The position numbers were made by a program, and so were the translations under genes. Positions 16,034 through 25,630 of a stretch of DNA of 64,000 bases are shown piece after piece. Origin of the DNA: a virus; the IMG/VR virus record IMGVR_UViG_3300037042_004723, positions 96,001 through 160,000 of that record, one strand, 5' to 3'. Position 1 is the first letter of the stretch. Each line of letters starts with the position of its first letter. The notes under the pieces were generated by a model. It searched no databases. It was not told the DNA's origin and saw nothing but the letters and a program-made list of their open reading frames with translations.

Positions 16034-17110
16034 ATGAAGATCGAACATATCGAGAAGCTCCTGAATATGCTCGGGTGCGATAAGGTTAGATTAGCTGGTC
16101 CCAAAATTCGCAGCACATGTCCACTCGCGCCCTGGAAGCATGGCGGCGGCGTTGACAAGAACCCATCGCTGGCCGTCTACGTCTCTGACGATGACACTGG
16201 TGGGGTTAATTGCATGAGCGGTGGGTGTAATTTTAAGGGTAGCCTCACTGAGTTGATCTACAAGTTGCAGTACCTCTCGAAGAGGGACCTGTCGGCTCAT
16301 CTCGCGTTCGTGTCTGAGCGCAGTGTGGTTAACCTGGATAAGCGCATGTCTCGTATCGATGCGAAGGCTGGGCATTACGCCATGCCGTCGGAGACGCGAG
16401 AGCCTGCGGTGGTTCTCGGCGGCAAGGATTATTCAGATCCATTGATCCGAGCATCCATGAGCGCCGCGCTGCCGGAATCTGCCGTTGAGATGATGGAGAA
16501 GATGCGGTCCTGGATCGACCAGGAGGCTGCAGCCTATCTTCATGGCCCTGATCGCAGGCTCACGGACGAAACCATCAATAAGTGGAAAATCGGGTGGCAC
16601 CCGCAGGCGAGGCGCGTGTCGCTGCCGCAGTTCGACAGGTTAGGCAGGCTCGTTAATCTCTCGGGGAGGCACGTTCCGTATTGGCCGAAGTGCTTGCCGC
16701 CATCAGACCGGGAGGCCAAGGCGCCCAAGTGGATGCACTCGAACGGGTTCGACCGAGAGATGTTCTTGTTTGGAGAGGACTGGTTCGAGGTTTCCGATAG
16801 CGGGCGCGGAACCGTGTTCCTCGTGGAGGGCGGTTTCGACGTTGTTTACCTGGATCAGTGCGGGCTGAAGAATGTTGCCGGCATCAACGGATCTCACATC
16901 AACAAGACCCAGGTGGACAAGATTCTGAAGTGGTTCGACTCGGTCGTTATCTTGATGGACGGGGATCAGGCTGGAATCGAGGCGGCTCATCGGATCGAGT
17001 CGATGCTGTCTCGAAGGATCCACACGATAACGCACATGATTCCTGACGGGAGAGATCCAAATCAGATGGAAGTAGAGGAGGTTGAGGATCTCAAGACGAG
17101 GTTCCGCTGA
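16034..17110 (+). CDS. dnaG: DNA primase (zinc finger + TOPRIM)
   Basis: CPL...H...C...C zinc-binding region; FLVEGGFD and LMDGDQAG TOPRIM motifs; GRDPN. Confidence 0.9.
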   Translation: MKIEHIEKLLNMLGCDKVRLAGPKIRSTCPLAPWKHGGGVDKNPSLAVYVSDDDTGGVNCMSGGCNFKGSLTELIYKLQYLSKRDLSAHLAFVSERSVVNLDKRMSRIDAKAGHYAMPSETREPAVVLGGKDYSDPLIRASMSAALPESAVEMMEKMRSWIDQEAAAYLHGPDRRLTDETINKWKIGWHPQARRVSLPQFDRLGRLVNLSGRHVPYWPKCLPPSDREAKAPKWMHSNGFDREMFLFGEDWFEVSDSGRGTVFLVEGGFDVVYLDQCGLKNVAGINGSHINKTQVDKILKWFDSVVILMDGDQAGIEAAHRIESMLSRRIHTITHMIPDGRDPNQMEVEEVEDLKTRFR

Positions 17111-17217
17111 TGGACGCTGCCGGGATCTTGGACGACATCCGTTGACTATGTCAGACCCCCCTGGTAGTGCTGACGGGTCGCCGAGAATGGCGTCGCAAGG
17201 TACCGACAAGGTCCAAC

Positions 17218-17770
17218 ATGAGCAAGTCACCGGAACAGCTTGGCGAGTACGCCGCAGGTCTCTTCGATGGAGAGGGATCCTTTGTGGCGTTCTGGCAGAA
17301 GAATAGCGCCGGTCGTCCAGGCAACGCGCTTGCGTGCTCGATCAGCTTGCACATGAGACTGGACGACGAGCCAGTGGCGAAGGCTGTGATGGATCGGAGC
17401 CGTAGGCTCAAGATCTGAAACGAGAGCGCGCTCGGCAAATCGCGCCCCGTGTGTGATCTTTACCGTGCGCAGGATCGCGGAGTTGCACGATGTCGTTATT
17501 CAATTTTTTAGACAATTCAAGCTTCTCGGTAAGAAGCAATACGACTTTGAGGTTTGGTCGGAGATCGTGGAGGCTGGGTTTCATAAAAGCAAACGATGGG
17601 ATCCAGAGGCCAAAGAGAGAACCTCCAATTTGATAGATTTGCTGCAGTCTTCGCGGAAATATGGATTCTTTTCTGAGGCGATAGCGCCTCGGATTATGCG
17701 CACCACACATCGTGGATGTGCAAATGGGCAGAATGGCCCAGCATTAGTCCTAGTAGGACGAGGAGAGTAG
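17218..17770 (+). pseudogene. Frameshifted LAGLIDADG homing endonuclease
   Basis: YAAGLFDGEGSF in frame 1 stops at 17418. The continuation (IGAVGS...VIFTVRR...FFRQFKLLGKKQYDFEVW) is in the +1 frame, which is open from 17390. Confidence 0.8.
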
Positions 17771-17772
17771 TC

Positions 17773-18564
17773 ATGGGAAATAATCGTTCGTGGTACGAGA
17801 CCGGATACGAGGGCGCGGAGAAAGAGGGCGAGAAGAAGGCGCTAGGATATCCGCCTGATCGCCTCTGGCAGCGCGCCGGATCAAGCAAGGAGATCATCTT
17901 CATCGGAGATGACCCCTTTTGCATCCGCGAGCACCAGTGGCGCGATACGAGCGACCACTGGCACTACGCCACCTGCACGTCGAAGATTCACGATGCTGGC
18001 TGCGGCGCCTGTGGCGCTCCCGGCGTCGGTCGCGCCGACTACGTCGGGCACTATACGATCGTCGATGTGACTGGGTACACGACGAAGGAAGGCGTCGAGA
18101 ACAAGAATCGGTTGATCTTGCTCCCGGCCAAGACGAAGGTTTTGAACAAGTTCAAGATGAAGAAGGAGAATCGCGGATCTCTCCTTGGTCAGCTTTGGAC
18201 TCTTGCCAGGGCAGATTCGAACGCTCCGAATACTGGCGATGATCTCGATCATGTTCGCGAGATCAAGTTGGAGGCCCTTCTGGGCGCTGTCACCTACAAG
18301 GGCAAGCCTTTGAAGGAGATGATCGAGCGAGCCAACGGTAGCGGTGGGGATGCTGAGAAGACCAGGAAGTATCTGGCGTATCACTTCCAGATCCCGGCGA
18401 CCGGTCCAATTCCGATGAAGGTTCCGCAGTTCCACTACCCGGAGCTGATGGCGCCGCTGGACTACGGCGTTCTCAAGTCGATGGTGGCTGATGCGCAGCC
18501 CTTCAACAAGGATGGCGCCAGCAGCAAGAGCAAGAGCACGGCCGACGACGACGTGCCCTTTTGA
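17773..18564 (+). CDS. Single-stranded DNA-binding protein (phage gp32-like)
   Basis: H...C...C..C zinc cluster, aromatic-rich core, acidic tail DDDVPF; sits in the replication operon. Confidence 0.7.
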   Translation: MGNNRSWYETGYEGAEKEGEKKALGYPPDRLWQRAGSSKEIIFIGDDPFCIREHQWRDTSDHWHYATCTSKIHDAGCGACGAPGVGRADYVGHYTIVDVTGYTTKEGVENKNRLILLPAKTKVLNKFKMKKENRGSLLGQLWTLARADSNAPNTGDDLDHVREIKLEALLGAVTYKGKPLKEMIERANGSGGDAEKTRKYLAYHFQIPATGPIPMKVPQFHYPELMAPLDYGVLKSMVADAQPFNKDGASSKSKSTADDDVPF

Positions 18565-18573
18565 GATAAGCAA

Positions 18574-19011
18574 TTGGAATTACTGCGGGATTATATCCGC
18601 GACAGATCGATTCCAATTCCATTTGTAGGCTGCTGGCTGTGGCTTCTTTCATTTGGAAGTCACGGCTACGGCAATGCTACGACAAAATGGAGACGGGTCG
18701 AGGTTGCGCATCGGGCGTCATTTATGGCGTTCAAGGGAGATATTCCTGCGGGGATGCTTGTGCAGCATAGCTGCGACAACAAATGGTGCGTTAATCCAGA
18801 CCATCTGAGCCTTGGCACCGATGCGACAAATGCATGGGACAAGCAGATCAAGGCCAGATCGGCACATCATAAATTAACCGACGCCGACGTTATCGCAATC
18901 AAGTGCGCAATCAAGTCCGGATCTCCACTGAGGGCTATCGCAAGAGCCAATGGCATCAGCCAAAAATTGGTTCAGAAAATCGCCAACGGGGAGATTTGGC
19001 AGCACGTTTAA
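18574..19011 (+). CDS. HNH homing endonuclease with C-terminal HTH
   Basis: AHRASF...VQHSCDNKWCVNPDHLSLGT..TN; KLT..DV..I. Confidence 0.88.
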   Translation: MELLRDYIRDRSIPIPFVGCWLWLLSFGSHGYGNATTKWRRVEVAHRASFMAFKGDIPAGMLVQHSCDNKWCVNPDHLSLGTDATNAWDKQIKARSAHHKLTDADVIAIKCAIKSGSPLRAIARANGISQKLVQKIANGEIWQHV

Positions 19012-19024
19012 GGCTGGGGAACTG

Positions 19025-20446
19025 ATGAAGATTGATGTCGATGGGTGGTCATGGATAAGTCTTGATGATCTAGGTGAGGTCAACGCGAGCATTCTTCGCA
19101 GGAAGTTGACGCTTGTTGATTCGATCAAGAAGTCACCCATCACCCATCGCGCATACCAGGAGAAGGACGGGCTGCTGGGGATCCCCCGGGCATTCCTGAG
19201 AACCTCAGTCACGAACAAGCACGATATGTCGTTCTCGGCGTCGAGCGGTTTTCCGTGGCCTGAGAGGATCAAGGCAGACCCGGCCGATCCATGGGCGGCA
19301 GCTCAAGACGGTGACGTCGACGAGCTTGTCTTGGTTGATGCGTTCACCGGTGCCAAGTCGGAGGATTTCTTCTCCAAGGATCAAAAGACTGGCATCGGCG
19401 AGATACTGAAGGCCCTTGGTGGAGATCGGGTCGGGGATGGCATGGCCATCTTTTCGTCGGAGCAGGCCGGGGCTAAGGTCTGCCTGTCCTTGATCAGGAC
19501 TCTCAGGGTGCGGACGTTGGTGTTGGTGCCGCCTGGAGCGTCGTTGGCCATGTGGCGCACGGTGATTGGAAGATACCTTCCAGACGCCAGGCTTGGCACC
19601 ATACGTCGTGGGGAGCGCGACGTGGTTGATGCTCACGTGACGCTGAGTACCCTTGAAGACATCAAGGATTTTCTGTCGCAGGGCAGGGTGGCGCCGAACG
19701 AATTTGGATTCGTGATCTGCCATCAAATAGACAAGATGGATCCCATGGCATGGGCCAGGGTTGTGCCTTTCCTTTCGGCAGCTAAGCGGCTGGGATTGGT
19801 CAGCCCAGGGGCGTCCTTCACTACCGGGCTCTCTAGGGTATATCGGTACCATCTGGGCGAGCCGGTGTTTTGCGCGGACCCTGATTACGATCTGCCCAAG
19901 ATCCGCAGGGTGTGGTCCAGCTGGAAAATCAGCAATTGGGTCAGGGTGAATCCTCAGTTCGTGTCTAAGGAAAACCTGCTTGATCACATGTGTTCGAGCA
20001 CGACGTACAACCAACACGTCGTCGAGCAGGTCGTCCTGGCTATGGCAGCCGACAGGAAGATTGTCGTGGTGAGCGATCGGGTGCCCCACCTCAGGACCCT
20101 GAAGCTTCAGATCGAGACAGAGTGGGCCGGCAACAGCAGGGTCGTCGACTTCGCTGTTGATGGCATGACTTCGGATGATTTGACGGTTGCCATAGGTGCA
20201 GACGTTATCTTGACAACGTTTTCGTTTGTCAAATCTTTGCCAGAGATCGAGACCGTTGACACGGTCGTGCTGGCTACCCCAGTGAGGGATCCGGGGGCCG
20301 CCGCAAGGGTCTGTTTATCCAAGTGTCCGTCCAAGAAGCCCCCTGTTATCGTAGACATGAGATGCGACGCAATCCCTGTTTGCAGGGACTACGGTAAGTC
20401 CAGGGACTCCTTATATCATTCATCATTTGGAGCAGATAGCGGTTAG
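19025..20446 (+). CDS. Superfamily 2 helicase-like protein with degenerate catalytic motifs
   Basis: Scaffold motifs recognisable (TLVLVP, FGFVI, RLGL, DTVVLATP); Walker A reads SSEQAGAK and Walker B reads CHQID. Confidence 0.75.
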   Translation: MKIDVDGWSWISLDDLGEVNASILRRKLTLVDSIKKSPITHRAYQEKDGLLGIPRAFLRTSVTNKHDMSFSASSGFPWPERIKADPADPWAAAQDGDVDELVLVDAFTGAKSEDFFSKDQKTGIGEILKALGGDRVGDGMAIFSSEQAGAKVCLSLIRTLRVRTLVLVPPGASLAMWRTVIGRYLPDARLGTIRRGERDVVDAHVTLSTLEDIKDFLSQGRVAPNEFGFVICHQIDKMDPMAWARVVPFLSAAKRLGLVSPGASFTTGLSRVYRYHLGEPVFCADPDYDLPKIRRVWSSWKISNWVRVNPQFVSKENLLDHMCSSTTYNQHVVEQVVLAMAADRKIVVVSDRVPHLRTLKLQIETEWAGNSRVVDFAVDGMTSDDLTVAIGADVILTTFSFVKSLPEIETVDTVVLATPVRDPGAAARVCLSKCPSKKPPVIVDMRCDAIPVCRDYGKSRDSLYHSSFGADSG

Positions 20447-20453
20447 CAACTGA

Positions 20454-20482
20454 TTGACAGTGGAGGATCTATTAGGTAGTTT
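20454..20482 (+). promoter_or_regulatory. Sigma70-like promoter
   Basis: TTGACA-N17-TAGTTT. Confidence 0.7.
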
Positions 20483-20506
20483 GATGACGATTTGATGGGG
20501 GAGCAG

Positions 20507-21112
20507 ATGAGCGAAAATGAAAAGGTGACTAGCGGCCGACGTAACGGGAAGGCCGCCAAGCCACCGTCAGTCGCTGCTCCTGCTGTTGATCCGGCCGTGG
20601 AGCCAGAGTGGACGTACCGTGGATGGTACGAGAAGAACAAGGCAGCGCTTTCCCAGCGAAGGAAAGATCGATACCACAAAGATCAAGAGTATCGAGGCAA
20701 GGTCCTTGAACAGAACAAGGACTATCGAGCGAAGAAGTCTCAGGAGAAGCCAGCTCAACCCAAGGTTAAGGTTAGGACTCCAAAGCATCGCAAGCCAGTC
20801 AGCCTGAAGGTGAAGATTGGCGGTCAGATGCAGGAGGTCAACATGGTTCATGTTGGAGCCTTTGCCAGGGCGATAGGTCGCAGCGTGCCTACGATCCACC
20901 AGTGGGAGCGCGTCGGTTTACTCCCACGGACGCCCTTCATGTTGGAGGGCAAGAACAAACAAGAGCGCCTCTACACAGCCGAGATGATTGGGGTGGTTCG
21001 CACCGTATTGAGCACCAGAGGTGCGACCATCTCAGCGTCCGATAGCAGGTTTCGTCAGGAGATTACCGAAGGATGGAATTCCGTCGGCGTATCTATCGGA
21101 GATGAAAGATGA
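20507..21112 (+). CDS. MerR-type HTH DNA-binding protein
   Basis: VGAFARAIGRSVPTIHQWERVGLLP...RLYT. Confidence 0.8.
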   Translation: MSENEKVTSGRRNGKAAKPPSVAAPAVDPAVEPEWTYRGWYEKNKAALSQRRKDRYHKDQEYRGKVLEQNKDYRAKKSQEKPAQPKVKVRTPKHRKPVSLKVKIGGQMQEVNMVHVGAFARAIGRSVPTIHQWERVGLLPRTPFMLEGKNKQERLYTAEMIGVVRTVLSTRGATISASDSRFRQEITEGWNSVGVSIGDER

Positions 21113-21426
21113 AAGCGAAGAATTCTGTCGTTTATGTCACCAGGACAGTCGGGCCAAATCGTGGCCCCACGACTGGGAGCGAAGCTGAAGACGTTATCGC
21201 AGTCCACAAGTTCGAGACTGAGCCTGCAAGGGTGACGGTGGACTATGCGCTGACGATCAATCTTGGGAATTTTGAGTCGGCCAAGATTGGCGTTTCCGTG
21301 AGCGTGCCTTGCTATGCGGAGGAGCTTGACCAGGCTTATGAATTTGCCCAGGCATGGGCAGAGGAACGGCTGACGCGCGAGCGGGACATGATCACGGCTG
21401 GCCGCGTTGGGCAGTCTTCACTCTAG
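21109..21426 (+). CDS. Conserved phage hypothetical protein
   Basis: TINLGNFESAKIGVSV motif; coupled start. Confidence 0.75.
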   Translation: MKAKNSVVYVTRTVGPNRGPTTGSEAEDVIAVHKFETEPARVTVDYALTINLGNFESAKIGVSVSVPCYAEELDQAYEFAQAWAEERLTRERDMITAGRVGQSSL

Positions 21427-21434
21427 GAATATTC

Positions 21435-23471
21435 ATGGCGAAGAAAACCAAAGAAGACGACAAGCCCAAGGTCGCGGATGACCGCGATGAGCAGCTCAGC
21501 GCCTATTTCAAGCAGGCTGAGAAGAACTACGGCAAAGGGGCCGTCCAGTTCGCTATGGATCATGGCCACGAGAACATGCCCAGGATTACTACGGGGATCT
21601 TGCCGCTCGATGTGAGCCTTGGCGGTGGGCTGCCAGTTGGTCGGGTTTCGATGTTCTACGGGCCGAAGTCTTGCCTCGATGCTGGTACATTTATTCAGTA
21701 CGAGGTTCGCGCTAAGGATGGTCGCAGGCAGAATCATAAAGGAGGGACAATTGAGCGACTATTTGCTCGATTCAATGGAGCCCAGGTTGGTGGGAAGGGA
21801 AGCTATCAGCGCAAGGCCTCTGCTGATTCTGAATTCTATGCCAAGTCAGTTGATGAAGACGGACGCATCCTCACGAATAAAATCGAAGGGGTCGTTGATT
21901 CTGGTGACAAAGAATGCTTTGAGCTGGCGTTGACGACTGGCGAAAGCATCATTGCTACAGCAGATCATCGGTTCTTTACAGGATCTGGGTACGTCAGACT
22001 CGGTGACATATCAGTAGGTGACACTGTAACAGTCCAGAAAAGAACCAAGCCGTCATCGGATGCGGAACAGGCTGCATCTCGTCGTTATATGACTGTGAAG
22101 CACCATCCGTTTGCGGCCTCGTATGAGGTTACCCCGGTTAACGAACGGACCAAGACGGTTAGAACTTACAGCTACAAGAAGCTGGCCAAGTCCAGGGCCG
22201 TCGTTGAGGCTGAGATAAATCGTCTTCCGTTTGATCAGTACATTGACGCGCTGAACAATGGAAAGTTCGATGGGTTTGTTTTTCTTGCTCAATCTCAGCA
22301 CGTTCACCACATTGATGAGAACTTTCTTAACGATAGTCTATCCAATCTGATGGTCATCGATAGTTCTTCTCATGGCTTGCTTCATGCCAGGGAAAGTAAG
22401 CTAGGCCTTGGGTATGCTCACGAAGTCAAGGTGGCTTCCATTCGTAGCGTCGGGATCAGGCATACGTATGACATCCAGATGCGAGCGCCGTACAATAACT
22501 TTGTGGCAGATGGGTTTATTGTCCACAATTCGTCCAAGACGACGTGTTTCTTGCGGGCCGTGGGCAGGGCGCAGCGCATGTGTTCGTCGTGCTGGACTCC
22601 GGCATTCCCAATCTGGAAGGTCGATGTATCCGGGTTGAAGCCGAACTGCGAGTGCGGGGACTACCGCAAGGTCAACGTTGCCTGGCTTGATGTTGAGGGC
22701 GTCTGGGATAGCACGTGGTCCCGGAAATTTCTGGACGTGAATCGACTGGTATTTTCGTCTCCTGAGACTGGTGAGCAGGCGTGCGATGTGGCCGATTCCC
22801 TGCTTCGGTCAGGGGCCGTCGATATCATCGTGATCGACTCCGTTGCGTTTATGACGCCCGTCGCCGAGATCGAGCGCTCTTCCTCGGAACCGACCATGGG
22901 CACCCAGGCGAGGCTTCTCGGCAACATGTTCCGTAAGCTGGTCTCCGGCACCAACGCCGTGTCTCAGCGCGACGGCAGGCGTCCGACGGTCTGGTTCACG
23001 AACCAGATCCGCATGAAGATCGGCGTGATGTTTGGCAACCCGGAAACCGTTCCAGGAGGAATGGCCCAGGGCTTTGCGACCTCTACTGAGACTCGGATGT
23101 CGCCGAGCAAGTATCAGGAAGACAAAGAGACCAAAATCATCACGAGCGTGGACATGAAGTTCCGCAACGAGAAGAACAAGACTGGCGTTGCGAAGATGGA
23201 AGGCGAGTACAGGCTTGTCCTCCACGACACCGAGGTAAAGAAAGTCGGCGACGTAATCGACGAGGACTACGCCATGAAAATGGGCCAGCAAACTGGCCTG
23301 ATTCAGCTTGGGCGCGGTCGGGCGTCAACCATCTGGGAAGGTCAGGAGTTCGACGGTCGATCTCTTCTGGAGCGCCACTGGATGATCAACCGAGACGAGT
23401 ATGAGGCGTTTAAGCTCAAGCTGATGAATCACATCAGGACCATCAGCATCGAGCATGAGGCGACCCTTTGA
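21435..23471 (+). CDS. recA: RecA/UvsX recombinase with intein
   Basis: TTGILPLDVSLGGGLPVGRV, DIIVIDSVA, QARL, NQIRMKIGVMFGNPETVPGG, KNK; 392 aa after splicing. Confidence 0.95.
   Translation: MAKKTKEDDKPKVADDRDEQLSAYFKQAEKNYGKGAVQFAMDHGHENMPRITTGILPLDVSLGGGLPVGRVSMFYGPKSCLDAGTFIQYEVRAKDGRRQNHKGGTIERLFARFNGAQVGGKGSYQRKASADSEFYAKSVDEDGRILTNKIEGVVDSGDKECFELALTTGESIIATADHRFFTGSGYVRLGDISVGDTVTVQKRTKPSSDAEQAASRRYMTVKHHPFAASYEVTPVNERTKTVRTYSYKKLAKSRAVVEAEINRLPFDQYIDALNNGKFDGFVFLAQSQHVHHIDENFLNDSLSNLMVIDSSSHGLLHARESKLGLGYAHEVKVASIRSVGIRHTYDIQMRAPYNNFVADGFIVHNSSKTTCFLRAVGRAQRMCSSCWTPAFPIWKVDVSGLKPNCECGDYRKVNVAWLDVEGVWDSTWSRKFLDVNRLVFSSPETGEQACDVADSLLRSGAVDIIVIDSVAFMTPVAEIERSSSEPTMGTQARLLGNMFRKLVSGTNAVSQRDGRRPTVWFTNQIRMKIGVMFGNPETVPGGMAQGFATSTETRMSPSKYQEDKETKIITSVDMKFRNEKNKTGVAKMEGEYRLVLHDTEVKKVGDVIDEDYAMKMGQQTGLIQLGRGRASTIWEGQEFDGRSLLERHWMINRDEYEAFKLKLMNHIRTISIEHEATL
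21672..22529 (+). mobile_element. Intein in RecA (HNH type, 286 aa)
   Basis: GPKS|CLDAGT...TADHRF...HVHHIDENFLNDSLSNL...FIVHN|S. Confidence 0.93.
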
Positions 23472-23851
23472 GCGAAGACAGGCCCAAGATGCCGTCGTAT
23501 TTCACTGGCCGCGAGCAGAAGAAGCAGCGGGCGAAATCGATGGCTCAAGAGAATCGGGTCGCCAAGAGCGTTGGCGGCAAGCGTCAAAAGGCGTCCGGTG
23601 CTCTGCCTGGTGTGCGCGGTGACGTGAAGTCGGTTGAGCTTCTCGGCGAGTGCAAGAGGACGGACAAGAAGTCGATATCGATTACGCTGGATTACTTGGA
23701 GAAAATCACCAAGGAGGCCAGCTTCTATAACAAGATTCCATGCGTGGCGATTGAAATCCAGTCGCCCCCGAAGTTCGTCAACAGGGACTGGGTTCTCCTG
23801 CCTGCCGGGTTCGTGCAGGAACTCTTGGAGGTTTATCGTGGAAGGAACTAG
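23468..23851 (+). CDS. PD-(D/E)XK nuclease, Holliday junction resolvase-like
   Basis: E..VAK...SGA...GDVK...GECKRT. Confidence 0.75.
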   Translation: MSEDRPKMPSYFTGREQKKQRAKSMAQENRVAKSVGGKRQKASGALPGVRGDVKSVELLGECKRTDKKSISITLDYLEKITKEASFYNKIPCVAIEIQSPPKFVNRDWVLLPAGFVQELLEVYRGRN

Positions 23852-24293
23852 CGCAGATCAGCAGGAGTTCGCTCCGCATCCTCCACTCCCGGTGTCGGAT
23901 GCCGAGATTCGCTTTATCGATTCTGCCATTTCTCAGATGGCCAAGCTTGGCAAGCGCAGGGGCGTGACCTGTATCAGTCTAAGCGAGGTCGGAGTCGACG
24001 ACGCCCTGTGCAAGAGGACGGATGAGTTGATCTCAGAGACCCTCACTTCCATGAGGAAGGACGTTTCGGATGATGCGGCTGAGAAGCTTTTTGAGCGGCT
24101 CGCTAGGGTCGTCGATGGGTGGGTCGGTCTGGACGAGCAGATGACGCTGGGCGTCGTATTCATCAGGTTCATGGATACGATGAGGTATTTTATCGCTTAC
24201 AAGCAGAAGTTCAGGGGAGTGGCCAGAGATTCTTCCATTTCCAAGAGCGATGCACTAATCGAGTTGAAGATTCGTGGACTCACCAAGAGGTAA
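23838..24293 (+). CDS. Hypothetical protein
   Basis: GTG at 23838 with GGAGG upstream. Confidence 0.65.
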   Translation: MEGTSADQQEFAPHPPLPVSDAEIRFIDSAISQMAKLGKRRGVTCISLSEVGVDDALCKRTDELISETLTSMRKDVSDDAAEKLFERLARVVDGWVGLDEQMTLGVVFIRFMDTMRYFIAYKQKFRGVARDSSISKSDALIELKIRGLTKR

Positions 24294-24295
24294 TT

Positions 24296-24556
24296 ATGAA
24301 GAGCAGAATTCAGATGGCGGGCGTGGCCCACGGATCGCAGGAGAAGGTTCTCTGGAAGGGCGATCTTCCGGTCGTCTCTGGAATTCCCGGAATGCGAGTC
24401 GTTCTCCACGATCCTGGCAAGGATAGCGCGGAGGCGTTTTCGTTCAAGCAGATGTGCCTTGAGATCAACGTCAACACCAACGAGTCCGAGCAGGTCATCT
24501 ACGTGTCTAACGTCGATCGATCTGCCTATTCCAAGCCAGCTGAGCTTGTTGAATAG
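24296..24556 (+). CDS. Hypothetical protein
   Basis: GAGG RBS, ATG at 24296. Confidence 0.7.
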   Translation: MKSRIQMAGVAHGSQEKVLWKGDLPVVSGIPGMRVVLHDPGKDSAEAFSFKQMCLEINVNTNESEQVIYVSNVDRSAYSKPAELVE

Positions 24557-24588
24557 TCCATGTGTTTGGATGGCTTCGCGAAAGAAAG

Positions 24589-24855
24589 ATGAGCAGGCGC
24601 AGAACCTCCATTGAGGAGGCTCTGCTTGAGCAGGCTTGCGTGTCGCTGCGTGGCGGTAGTAGGTTTCAATTTCGCGTAGATGAGATCGGCGGAGAAGATC
24701 AGATCCGCCGGTTCATCGTAAAGTTGTCCATGATGTTCGGTAGTAATGTTCGGGCGAATTGTGGACATGGCCTGATCACCATCTATGATGACGGGAGCCC
24801 TGACGGCACTACAGTCGTTGTGGCAATGATTAAGCATGGACCCACTTCTCAATAG
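24589..24855 (+). CDS. Hypothetical protein
   Basis: Fills the gap; start uncertain (24562 possible). Confidence 0.6.
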   Translation: MSRRRTSIEEALLEQACVSLRGGSRFQFRVDEIGGEDQIRRFIVKLSMMFGSNVRANCGHGLITIYDDGSPDGTTVVVAMIKHGPTSQ

Positions 24856-25627
24856 GTCGGCAGGTAGGGAGATGATCGCTCCTGCCATTGCAAAAACGAT
24901 CTCCGTGGCCAGCGGCAGGTTTATTGGGCTGTTCTGTGGAGCAGCTGATGTTTTCTTCATGGCCGAGCCTGATAGCGGAGTCCTGGTTGACTCCAGGAAG
25001 CCCATCATTGCTTTCTATGAGGCAATCCAGAGAGAACCAGATGCGGTTCACGACGAGTTGCAGCGCTTGTTGAAGCTTTCGTTTAGCGAGAGGACGTTTA
25101 ATCAGATTCGCTCCAAGTGGAATGGCAAGGACTTCGGTGTGCTGTTTGCCGCCAAGCTGCTGTATCTAAATAGGATCTGCGTCCCAGGCACGTTTTCCGT
25201 GGACCAGGGCCAGCGCTTCTCTGCCCTCTGGGGAGGCATGTCATCGCCACCTGGTGTCCCAAGCCTTGACGACATTCGCTTGGCGTCTGCTGCTTTGAAG
25301 CGGATGCGGCTGTACACGAAAGATTACGCATACGTCCTGCGTGCCGCCAGGAAGGGCGATGTTATCTATGTCGACGCCCCCGACTGGGGTGTCGACATCT
25401 CCTATGGTGGCGCCATGTTCACCGAGACCGATCATGTCAGGCTGTCGCGCCTCCTTCGTAAGGCGTCAGAACGCGGTGTTAGTGTTTTGGTATCAAACGT
25501 CGACTGCGATGCGGTGCAGCTTCTCTACGGCGGATGGGCGGACACGGAAGTATTCGACGGTGGCAGGCTTTTGATTTCTGCGATTGGGTCCGCGATTGAC
25601 CGTAGGCAGATGAGCCTATTCGGATAA
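24836..25627 (+). CDS. Dam-family DNA adenine methyltransferase homolog, catalytically degenerate
   Basis: Collinear with Dam (LYLNR, VIYVD, VLVSN); DPPY reads DAPD and EPFxGxG reads GLFCGAA; ends RQMSLFG. Confidence 0.82.
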   Translation: MDPLLNRSAGREMIAPAIAKTISVASGRFIGLFCGAADVFFMAEPDSGVLVDSRKPIIAFYEAIQREPDAVHDELQRLLKLSFSERTFNQIRSKWNGKDFGVLFAAKLLYLNRICVPGTFSVDQGQRFSALWGGMSSPPGVPSLDDIRLASAALKRMRLYTKDYAYVLRAARKGDVIYVDAPDWGVDISYGGAMFTETDHVRLSRLLRKASERGVSVLVSNVDCDAVQLLYGGWADTEVFDGGRLLISAIGSAIDRRQMSLFG

Positions 25628-25630
25628 AAA

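Noticed and set aside
17110-17772. Group I intron around the LAGLIDADG remnant (GACTA at ~17144 and TAGTCC at ~17745)
   Set aside because: No room for P3-P6, no interrupted exon (primase ends normally and SSB starts normally), and TAGTCC is part of a local hairpin.
22530-22544. RecA inactivated by Gly to Ser in Walker A (GPKSSSKTT)
   Set aside because: T4 UvsX has a non-Gly residue at this position (GPSKSFKS) and is active; the other motifs are intact.
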